Translations under genes and position numbers: made by a program
The notes under the pieces: model-generated
Database searches by the model: none
Seen by the model: only the letters and a program-made list of their open reading frames with translations
Told to the model about the DNA's origin: nothing
Assembly (NCBI RefSeq): GCF_006345805.1
Contig: NC_043023.1
Location: 1,488,001 to 1,552,000, forward strand
Direction of reading: 5' to 3'
From: Octopus sinensis
Lineage: Eukaryota
DNA: 64,000 nucleotides
In this document: one piece after another, positions 53,336 to 64,000 of the stretch
Layout of the letters: the number at the start of each line of letters is the position of its first letter
Position numbering within the stretch: the stretch's first letter is position 1

Positions 53336-55032
53336 CTAGAAAGAGAAGCAAACAAAGAGGATTGCTATGAAGTCTCACTGATGCCACTGGTCTGTTCGTG
53401 TTTAGGTGGTACTGTTTTTTCTATAAGAAAGCTTTATGTCTGCTTTTATATGTCTATGTTCAAAGGGACATAAATGGTTGTGTGATTAAGGGGCAGTTTG
53501 GTTCTGGTTTCAGTTCTGCTTTATTGCCTTGTACTATAGGTTTTACTATAGATGGTGGATGGGTAGATGAATAGGTAGATGGAGGGGTGGCTGGATGCAA
53601 GGGGTAGCTGGATAGATGGAAGGATGGCTAGATACATAGATTGGACAAATGGATGGACAAGTCAATGAATGGTAGGGTGGATAAGTGGGTGGGTGGATGG
53701 CAGCCTCCTCTGGACCCTGCGCTGGTGGCACGTAAAAAGCACCCGCTACACTAATGGAGTGGTTGCCATTAGGAAAGGCATCCAGCTGTAGAAACAATGC
53801 CAGATCAGATTGGAGCCTGGTGCAGCCTCCTGGTTTCCCAGACCCCGGTCAAACTATCCAACCCATGCTAGCATGGAAAATGGATGTTAAACAATGATGA
53901 TGATGATGATTATTTATATATATATATATATATATATAGGTGGAGAATTCACAAAAAAAAGAAAAGATGAACACAGGTGGCATAGACAACAAACAGATGT
54001 ATTAGTTTAATGCTCGGGAAGTGAAAAAGTCTTTAACGTTTCAAGCCTACGCTCTTCCACAGAAAGGAACACAGAAAGAAACAAGGAGGGAAAATAAAGA
54101 ATGTGTAGTGGCTAGCATGTATATATATATATATATATACATACAAGCAGTTAAGTCTGGTTTCACCCAGTTGATTTGGATGAGGTGGCTGTAAAACCTG
54201 TGTACACAATCGACTTGTTAGGGCATGCTTATGTTAAATAACAATTTTAGAATGACTTTTTTTTCTGTCAAAACGCTAAAAATAACTGAGCAACGAAAAA
54301 AAACAACCAAGATTTAACCAAATCAAAAACTAAACCCAAATACTAAGCAAACAAAGACGAACCATCTCACTTCCATTGCACACACACACATACATATAAA
54401 CCCCTTTTACATACACACATATATTCACACAGAGTTGAAATGCTCACCCCTTCCTTCCTTATTCATAAATACAAGAGTATTATTATAGTAGATTATCTCG
54501 GTAACCATGGGAGTTATGAAAAAAACAAAGCCCGGCATCACCTCCGGATCATTCTACAAATCTGTGTAATTTTTCGCACAATTCCACCCAGCCGTTTGAC
54601 CGTGAATTCCAAGAGAAGAAAGAATCGCTCATGTCAAAGTTATATGTGTATATATATATTGCCATGATGGATCGGTAGCCACTACACACATTTTTTTCTC
54701 TCCTTGTTTCCTTCTATGTTCCTTTCTGTAGAAGAGCATAGGCTCAAAACGTAAAAGACTTTTTCAATTCCCAAGTATTATACTAATACATCTGTTTGTT
54801 GTCTACGCCACCTGTCTTTGTCTTTAGTTTTTTTCGTGAATTCTCCCTATAATATATATATATATATATATATACAAGATAAGGGCAGAAGAAAAATTCT
54901 AATGCCAGATACGCCAAAACAAAAAATTTATGCGTCTCGAAACAAACCGATAGAAATCTCTAAAAAATTTGTTATTACCGTATTGGTCCAATTGGGTATG
55001 AATAAGTATTTCATTTATATCTCACGTATGTG

Positions 55033-55087
55033 CCGCTGAAGAGGGGAAAATTTCTTGTGAATTAACCCCGAAATTGGACCAATACAG
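55033..55087 (+). ncRNA. Minimal type-I hammerhead ribozyme, intact core
   Basis: ccg CTGAAGA gggg[19 nt]cccc GAAA ttgg a ccaa TA cag. Stem I has one mismatch (the mirror arm reads cgg). Confidence 0.7.
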
Positions 55088-55328
55088 TAATAACGAATTT
55101 TTTAGAGATTTCTATCAGTTTGTTTCGAGACGCATAAATTTAATGGTTATCAACAATTTTTTGTTTCGGTGTATCTGGCATTAGAATTTTTCTTCTGCCC
55201 TTATCTTGTAAATTATGTATAAATTTTACCTTTAAAGGCATTTTTTGATATGCTGGCCATTGATAAAATTTTTTTCCCCAAAAAAATTTTATCCTATATC
55301 AATTATATATGTATGTATATATATATAT

Positions 55329-56548
55329 TGTTACGGAATCACCCGTCGTCGCCCGTCCCGAACGGCTCACACAAGTTCCGCCACGGAACTCGTGAGAGGC
55401 GGAGAGAGGAGATACAGATAGATACTTCCACAACCTCAACAGCACAGAGATACAGAGGCACAACCCGAGATACAACCCAAAGAGGCAAGGCAACAACTGG
55501 CAACACTGGCTTATATTCAAACAACAGTTTATACGACAATTACAATTGCTACACATCAAATACATTTAAGGCAGACATTTAAAGGAAGACATGCACGTGA
55601 CTACTCAATACATCATACAACAGATCAAAGCATAATACAACAGCATGTAACAATATAACAGTCCGGAGACACAACAAGTCATATACAGTATTTCAAAGGT
55701 ACACGTCCGAAGACACAGTTCTTTAAAGTCTCTTCCTAAACATCACAATCAACAGATAACGTTCACAGTTCTTTATAATCTTTTTCTACACATATCAACA
55801 CAATTCTGAACATAAATACCACAATCGACATATCGACAAGTCCTTGACTGTTCTTTTCACTGTTCATTCTTTTCCACTGTCTCTTACATCGTGACACCAT
55901 CAATACACAATCACATACCTTAATTCCCAACTGAATCGCCAGTGTCCCATTCTGCACCTCATCTCTCCGTACCGCTAATTCCCCTGTACATATTCCCTTC
56001 TGTGCCGCCAAGTTCTCTCGCATCCCAACTTGCTCCTAAGATTCCACCGCTTGCCCCTTAAATCCAAGGTCCGTCTGTCTTCTTCGAGGACCGGTCAGCG
56101 ACTCCAAGATCCGTCTGTGCTCCTCCACGACCGCTCAACGACTGCCCTTCTTGACGACCAACTACCAACCGCCAGAACCACACTTCCTTGTCCTGCCTTT
56201 CTTCCACTCCCCTCATCTCCCTCTGTACCACTCACACCCTCTCTAACTGCCCTGGTCCTTATATCCTATCTATATCGCCTGCTGTCTCTTAGCCTTTCTA
56301 TTTGCTCTCTGATCTTACTGCCTATCTCTATTTGCTCTCAGCCCTCACTCTATCGCTATCGCCTGCTGCCTATCACCCTCTCACGACAGCTCTCAGATCC
56401 TTTAATCTGTCTTCCTCTTCACTTCTTCAAGGGGTGCTTAGAATGACCTCCAATTCACCTGACAGGACCTCCAATTCAATCTGACAGGACAATGGGTTTA
56501 TCCTAATGTAGGTCACTGGGACATACTACACTAGCTAAGCCCGTAACA
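55329..56548. mobile_element. Solo LTR (1220 bp), probably Gypsy
   Basis: Termini TGTTACGG...CCGTAACA (8-bp perfect IR, TG..CA), flanked by atatat on both sides. CpG-rich relative to its surroundings; no coding domain. Confidence 0.8.
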
Positions 56549-57499
56549 ATATATATAATGGTAACTTCTGAAGAGCACAAGGTTACATAATCAGTCTATT
56601 ATCTAGCACCCGTAGTGTGAAACCAATTGCTGAGATCAGCCATAAAGGATTTATAATACTTTACAGTTTTATATACACACACAAAGGAAGAGAAAGACAT
56701 ATAGTTATGTTTGTCATTAGCCCTGAGTTTCATAAGCAGAACCCAATAGGTGCAGGAGTGGCTGTGTGGTAAGTAGCTTGCCTACCAACCTCATGGTTCC
56801 AGGTTCAGTCCCACTGTATGGCACCTTGGACAAGTGTCTTCTTCTATAGCTTTGGATCTACCACAGACTTGTGAGTGGATTTGGTAGACCGAAACTGAAA
56901 GAAGCCCAATGTATATATGTTCAGTAAAATTTAGATTCAGTTGAATATGGTACTTAAGTCAAAGGCACCAGAATTTAGTATGGTATTATCCATATAATTC
57001 AAAATGGGGTGATTATAATCGAAATAAGTAACAAAGATATCCAAAGGTAATGCATTACCTCTGGATATCCTTGTTGCTTATTTTGATTATGTATATTATA
57101 TATGTATGTATGTGTGTTTGTATATGTTTGTGTATCTGTGTTTGTCACCCCAACATCGCTTGACAACCGATGCTGGTGTGTTTACGTCCCCGTAACTTAG
57201 CAGTTTGGTAAAAGGGACAGATATAATAAGTACTAGGCTTACAAAGAATAAGCCCTGGGGTCGATTTGCTCCAGCATGGTCGCAGTCAAATGAGTGAAGC
57301 AAGTAAAAGAGTAAAAAGAGTGAAGAGCTGCATGAACTGGATCAATGTGAAATGAAAAGAGTTTGCACGTGAACACAGCACACCACTCATGTTGGGAATT
57401 GAAACCTTGATGTTATGACCATGAGTCCAACCTTCTAACCACGAGGTCATGCATATTTGCCGTCAATAAGGGAAGAAAATACGTGAGTTCAATACTTAC

Positions 57500-57604
57500 C
57501 TTGGCTTGACTATAGAATGGTGGATGTTCTGTAAACGGTGTCTCCGGTTTCACGGCTGAATCAAACTGGCTTTTCATGATGTACTCAGCTGGTCCTGGGG
57601 TACT
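57500..57604 (-). CDS. STPG2: STPG2-like coding exon (35 aa, STPGPAEYIMKSQFDSAVKPETPFTEHPPFYSQAK)
   Basis: Acceptor ctgtcctttcag and donor AAG|gtaagt. 105 nt, phase 0-0, no stop. Contains a PGP-x-Y (SHIPPO/PG-rich) repeat and joins in frame to the exon at 53335. Confidence 0.9.
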
Positions 57605-57689
57605 CTGAAAGGACAGAGTGAAAAGTGTCAATAGGGTTACAGAGAGGGTTCTTTAATGATTGCTGTTGTTGTTGTTATTTGGCCGGAGA

Positions 57690-58690
57690 TCAGTTCTTAA
57701 CCAGCTGATCTATGATCAAAGATGTTCCATCTGTGACCATTCCATCTTTTATTCAGACATAGTGTATCTAGGACTACATTATCTAATGTATAGTATAGTA
57801 GTTAGTATTGGTGGTTATGGTAGTTGTTTTTTAACCCCACAGCAGTCCTTATTTCTTTATTGCCCACAGGGGGCTAAACACAGAGGGAACAACCAAGGAC
57901 AGACAAAGGGATTAAGTCGATTACATCAACCCCAGTGCATAACTGGTACTTAATTTAACGACCCCGAAAGGATGAAAGGCAAAGTCGACCTCGGCGGAAT
58001 TTGAACTCAGAAGGTAACGGCAGACAAAATACCTATTTCTTTACTACCCACAAGGTGCCAAACACAGAGAGGACAAACAAGGACAGATAAATGGATTAAG
58101 GCGATTACATCGACCCCAGTGCGTAAATGGTACTTAATTTATCAACCCCGAAAGAATGAAAGGCAAAGTCGACCTTGGCGGAATTTGAACTCAGAACATA
58201 ACGGCAGACAAAATACCGCTAAGAATTTCACCCGGCATGCTAACGTTTCTGCCAGATTGACCCTAGAGCAGTCCTAATCAACCAGATATATGATCAATGA
58301 TGTTCCAAATATGACCATCCCATTTTTTATTCAGACATAGTGTATCTAGCAATACATTATCTAATGTATAGTATAGCAGTTAGTATTGGTGGTTATAGAT
58401 ATTGTTTAACCCCAGGTCAGTCCAAGTCCAGAAGATCTATGATCAAAGATGTTCCAGCTGTAATCATCCCATCCCATCCCATCTTTTATCCAGGCATAGT
58501 GTATCTAGGACTACATTATCTAATGTATAGTATAGCAGTTAGTATTGGTGGTTATAGTAGTTTTTATTTTAGCCCCAGAGCAGTCCTGATCAACCAGATA
58601 TATGATCAAATATGTTCCAGATGTGACTAGTATCAGTGGCTAGAGCAGATATTTTTTAGCCCCGGGTCAGTCCCGATCCAGCAAACCTAT
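57690..58690. repeat. ~150-bp diverged tandem repeat interrupted by two family-B SINEs
   Basis: Recurrent catagtgtatctaggactacattatctaatgtatagtatag...gttagtattggtggttat at ~57760, ~58340 and ~58500. Confidence 0.75.
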
Positions 58691-59385
58691 GATCAATGCT
58701 TGCGTGTGTACGTACACTTACACATGTGTATAATTATCAGTGAATTACTTGCAAAGTTTGCACACAATTTGGCTGTTTACCTCTGTCCACTCAAGAATTC
58801 CCTACACATTTCTTCCTCTTCCATCTTCTACTTAAACCTCTTCTAGTCCACTTTTACTCATCCGCACGATCATCCCCTTCCCATTCTCCCTCCATCCCTT
58901 CTACCATCATCGTCCTACCCCTCTTTTTTTTCGCTTTCTTCTTCCCCACCTCTTTCTTCTCTCTCTCTCTCTCTCTCTCTCTCCCTCTATTTATATCTGA
59001 CATGGTGACTGAATCATCTAATTTCATGATTCGTCTAATATCCACATCGAAGTTAATGAAGTGAGTGAGCTGAATTCCGACTGTATATATAAATATACAC
59101 ACATACACACACAATGACACATGTATATATAAACACACACACATAGTGACATATATATATACACACACATATACATGTACACTATATATATATATACACA
59201 TACACACACACACATGTATATATACCTATATATATGCATATATATATATACATATACACACATATATATACCTATATATATATATATACATAAATATATA
59301 TATGTCTATACATTTGTATAAACATATGTATACACATACATACATATGTATGTTTTTATATTACACATATACTTGTATATTTACC

Positions 59386-59437
<52 letters not shown>

Positions 59438-59465
59438 TATATATATACACACACATATACATGTA

Positions 59466-59508
<43 letters not shown>

Positions 59509-60479
59509 TATATATATATATATATGCACATACCTATATATATGTATATATATATATATACCATATATAGCTATTTATATTTATATATATGTGTGAATAT
59601 ATATATGTGTAAATATATAAATATTCACACAGAATATATATATATTCTGTGTGAATACATGTATGCATACACACACAAACACACATACACACTAACACGT
59701 GGATGCATGCGCCTACATACATACACACACTTATACGCAGCAGCAATGGGGTGGAATATAGATACCAGAATAACACAACTCCAAAAATAAAGAAAATAAA
59801 ACAATACAGTAAAAACAAAAATTATATAAATAAATAAATAAATAAATACAAATATTGAAATCGATAGGAAGTCCGTGACAAAATAAATAATATTTCAACG
59901 AATCACATCAGACATTTCTCCCACCCACGCACCCGCCCACAAACACATACCCCTCAAAACCAGTGCCATCCCCTAACTGAAAGCCAGACCGTTAAATTAA
60001 AAATATAATACAGAAATAGATATTTGTGCGTGTCTTTGCGTGTGGGCAGAGTGGGGACGGTTTTGTTTCATTTGTTAGGTTTGACGTCTGTTTTTCAATG
60101 GTAGCATGGGTTAGTGGGGTATTTACATTTCAGACAGTACTTTTCAGCTGGGTGCCTTTCCTATCACCAACTCTCACCTGTTTTTCAAATGTGTTTATAG
60201 GTACAAACATCTGTGTGTGCATGAGTATGTTTGTAAATGCATCTGTTTCATACGTTCGTTTTAACTCCTATTTGCTTTGGTAGCATGGGTCAGATGAGTA
60301 TATTTTTCAGAGAGTATTCTGCAGAGTATTTAAATCTCAGCTGTCATGCATATAGGTGCTTATTCTATTGGTCTTTCTTTCCGAACTGCTAAGTTACGGG
60401 GGATGTAAACACACTGACATCAGTTGTCAAGTGATGTTGGTGGGGACAAACACAGACACATAAACATATACATACGAGC

Positions 60480-60905
60480 ATGATCATTACCAGCGTCGCC
60501 TTACTGGTACTTGTGCCCATGCTTGTAGGATGCCAAGAGCACCATTAGAGTGTGATGATTGCCAGAGCAGCCAACTGACTTCCATGCCAGTGGCACGTAA
60601 AAGGGCACCATTCGAGCGTGATCGTTACCAACGTCGCCTTACTGGCACCTGTGCTGGTGGCATGTGTAAAAGGATTCAAGCGAGGTTGTTGCCAGTACCG
60701 CCTGACCGGCCTCCGTGCCGGTGGCACGTAAAAAGCACCCACTACACTCTTGGAGTGGTTGGCGTTAGGAAGGGCATCCAGCTGTAGAAACTCTGCCAGA
60801 TCAAGATTGGAGCCTGGTGCAACCATCTGGTTCGCCAGCCCTCGGTCAAAATCGTCCAACCCATGCTAGCATGGAAAGAGGACGATGATGATGATGATGA
60901 TGATG
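60480..60905 (+). mobile_element. SINE family C with (GAT)n tail and internal gtggcacgtaaaa minisatellite
   Basis: Shared 3' part ...ggaagggcatccagctgtagaaac...gcatggaaagcggacgttaaacgatgatg. Copies at 7140-7405, 12737-13120(-), 14730-15000(-), 20950-21255(-), 21825-22270(-), 26588-30575, 35380-36410, 50130-50455, 50830-51100(-), 51560-51890, 53715-53910. Confidence 0.85.
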
Positions 60906-61429
60906 ATATATATATATATAAATGGAGTTAAACGCAGGTGTTATTCAAATTCTCTTACTTCCGGCACGTTTTGAAGACATCATTGGTATTATTCCAAAGG
61001 AATAAATTAGTGTAAAACAATGTAATCTCTTCAGGGAAATGAAGAAATAAAAATTCGTCAATAACGCATTTTAACAGAATATGATGGATATGTATAGTGA
61101 TTAACTGAACGCTATTAAGTTTTTTTAAAAAACGTTAGAGGATATAATGTCAAAGATAGCCTATAGAAAGAGGAGGGTTAAAGGAAATAAAAAAAAGCAG
61201 AAACCAACTAAATGAGAAATATAGAACGATATGTGAATTAAATAAAAGCCTAAAGTCTTGGAAAAAAAATATGTCTAGTGGAAGTGAAATGTAAGAAGAA
61301 AATCAATGTTTAAATTATATATAATGGTAGATATCACTTATATGAACTAAAGGTATGTTTCTGCCAATGTTTACATTGATAAGCATGCTCTATAACCATG
61401 TCTAGAAGGGTTTTTTTAGAAAAAAGAAT

Positions 61430-61800
61430 AAAAAAATAGTTCAGTTACAGAGATGACAAAATTCCTTGCCTTTATCATAAGGGAATGAAAAGGAAAGAAT
61501 CAACCAATCTAAATTAAATTGTTTATTATGGTCTTTTAGGTACCACATTAATTTACTAAGGCCTGTTATATTATAACCATCCCTAAATGTAGAGTAATGA
61601 TTAGAAATTCTTTTAGATAACTGAGAAGAAGAACTACCTATATAAAAAAAAAAGACATCGGTACCTGAAGTAATTTTACACTGGTATATAGAGTTTTTAA
61701 TCTTAGAATTACTAGACAAAAACTTAATTCTGTTGGAATTGACTTCAGAGACAATAACCTTGTTATTAATATTTCTAGGGGAATGGATGGTATTAGCTAA
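61430..61800 (-). mobile_element. Penelope-like element GIY-YIG endonuclease fragment
   Basis: NSIYQCKITSGTDVFFFYIGSSSSQLSKRISNHYSTF...LSKLMWYLK...W.IL...CHLC matches the PLE GIY-YIG domain with its C-terminal CxxC. Confidence 0.85.
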
Positions 61801-62753
61801 ATTAATGTTAGTATTAGTCAATTGATTCTTATTTAACAGACTAATATTATGTGGGAGGCACAATGGCCCAGTGGTTAGGGCAGCGGATTCGCAGTTGGAG
61901 GATTGCGGTTTCAATTCCCAGACCAGGCGTTATGTGTGTTTATTGAGCGAAAACACCTAAAAGCTCCACAAGGCTCCAGTAGGGGGTGGTGGCGATCCCT
62001 CTTGTACTCTTTTGCCCCAACTTTCTCTCACTCTTTCTTCCTGTTTCTTGAGTAATGCTGCGGTGGACTGGCGTCCTATCCAGCTGGGGAGAACACGTAC
62101 GCCATAGAAACTGGGAAACTGGGCCCATGAGCCTGGCTAGGCTTGAAAAGGGCGCATAAAATTAAAAAAATATTATGTGAGGAGATAATTTGTAAGAGAT
62201 CTTTTGTTGGAAAAAACAAATCTTAACCGTATGCGAGCTGATAATAGAGTAATATCTAGAAGTCTTTGCAAATAAGTGCATGGGTGCATACATTTGCGTG
62301 TGTACATGTCATATGTCAGCTTTTACATCCATTTTTCTTTGGTGGCATAGGTTAGATGAGTGCTTAACTCAATATTTTGCAATCCAAAGCTTTTCCTGTC
62401 ACCAACACTCACCTGTTTTTTAAATGTATATATGGGTGTTTACATTTGTGTGCATGCTTGTATGTACTCCATTTGTTAGTTTTTAAGTCCATTTTTTCTA
62501 TGGTAGCACCTGTTATAGAAGTATATAATTTAGACACTACAACTGGATACCTTTCCTGTCACCAACTCTCACCTGTTTTTGAAAGGAGTGTATGTGTGTC
62601 TCCATTTGTGTGTGTGTGCCTTTTCTTAGGTTTTACATCTGTTTTTCCATGATAGCATAGGTTAGATGAGTATATAATTCAGATAGAACTTTACAACTTC
62701 TTAACACCAACTCTCATTTGTTTTTCAAATATGTGCATGTGTGCACATGTGCG

Positions 62754-62791
<38 letters not shown>

Positions 62792-63519
62792 CGTGTGTGA
62801 TTGTTTCATTTTTTTACATCTGTTTTTCTGTGCCGGCTGGATGCCCTTCTCATTTCAATCCCTTACCTGTTTATTTTATTTAAAGGTCTCTTACTCCATA
62901 TAGCTTCAAAGCAAGTGGACCATTTGTTGGCAAGGGAAATAACAACCCGGAGCTGAACAATTTATATATAAATATGTGTGTGTGATTCAATAGTTCTGTT
63001 TTTATGTCAGATTTTTTAGTCTTGAATTAGTTAAACAATTGTATTACTTATGCAGTAATCCCTCGACTATCGTGGGTGTTATGTTCCAAAACCTCTCACA
63101 GAAATAATTAAAATCTAAAAAAGTATAAATACCTATCATCTGCAGAAACCTATGTTATACTGAGGAGTCCACGATGTAAATTTACATATATTAGCCACAA
63201 AAATCCTCAATGTACTGAGTGTGTGATAGGTGAGTTGTGAAGTATTTAGTGTGGGATAGGTGAACCGCGATGTACTGAGAGTGTGACAGGTGAACCATGA
63301 TGTACTGAGTGTGTGATAGGTGAAATACTTAGTGGTATTTTGTCTGTGGTTACATTCTGAGTTCAAATTCTGCCGAGGTCAACCTTGCCTTTCATCCTTT
63401 CAGGGTCGATAAATTAAGTACCAGTTATGCACTGGGGTCGATGTAATCGACTTAATCCCTTTGTCTGTCCTTGTTTGTTCCCTCTATGTTTAGCCCCTTG
63501 TAGGCAATAAAGAAATATG

Positions 63520-64000
63520 AAAATAGGTGTTGGATTTTCTTTTGGTAGCAATCATTGCTTCTGTTTTTGTGCAACAGCCTTAACCTTCCGGAAAAACTTT
63601 TGGGAAAGTTCTTTCACCAACTTTGTTCAATCGTTTGACTGTTCCTTTCACATTATTGCACAAAACGCTTATGAATGTCTCCCATAAATTCAACTTTTCA
63701 TACATTCGGTGCCAGATAAATTCATGGATTTTTGCAACACATAAGCATTCACCATTTTGGTTTGACCTTTGGACATTACATTACAAACGTGTCTGCCCAT
63801 AAAATATAATTTTCTTCCTGTAACACCATAAGCTATTTTGTTTGGACTCCATAATTCTGGTTTACCCGTTTGTTCCCATGATTTCTCATTTAGGATTGTG
63901 ATGTCACTTCCCATGTCTAACTGCATTCTGACATTACTGCTTTCAATTCTCAGATTCACGCATTTTAAGTTTGCTGTGGTCTCAAATTTTCCTACAAACT
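63520..64000 (-). mobile_element. Gypsy/Ty3 pol fragment (aspartic protease and linker)
   Basis: VRMQLDMGSDITILNEKSWEQTGKPEL contains a degenerate LD(T)GS; a downstream FPKVFSEG.GCC-like linker follows. Runs off the window end. Confidence 0.75.

Noticed and set aside
58990-59090. Unique island as a further upstream STPG2 exon
   Set aside because: It has no STPG2-like motif and no clear donor; the next exon probably lies beyond 64000.
3900-59818. Numerous low-complexity ORFs (poly-I, YI, HT, VC, LS, E/R)
   Set aside because: They are translations of microsatellites and purine-rich tracts.

Overview
AT-rich, microsatellite- and SINE-saturated eukaryotic DNA. The repeat landscape suggests an octopus or other coleoid genome (inference). 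The only host gene I can support is a minus-strand STPG2-like gene (sperm-tail PG-rich repeat protein 2). It has three phase-compatible coding exons (57604-57500, 53335-53176, 1184-~934), with a 4.2-kb and a ~52-kb intron between them. The introns hold four SINE families, mariner/Tc1/piggyBac/Helentron-type relics, RTE and CR1 LINE 3' ends, a 1.22-kb solo LTR, Gypsy protease and Penelope-like (PLE) fragments, and a 3.8-kb minisatellite expanded inside a SINE. The most striking unannotated signal is about a dozen minimal type-I hammerhead ribozyme motifs from several sub-families. They have very short or palindromic stem III (the dimer-cleaving PLE type) and sit in fold-back or direct-repeat units; several are sense to the STPG2 pre-mRNA. 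There is also a candidate in-frame 105-nt cassette exon in the middle of the giant intron. Almost all long ORFs in the supplied track are repeat artefacts. All family assignments come from motif recognition; no database search was run.
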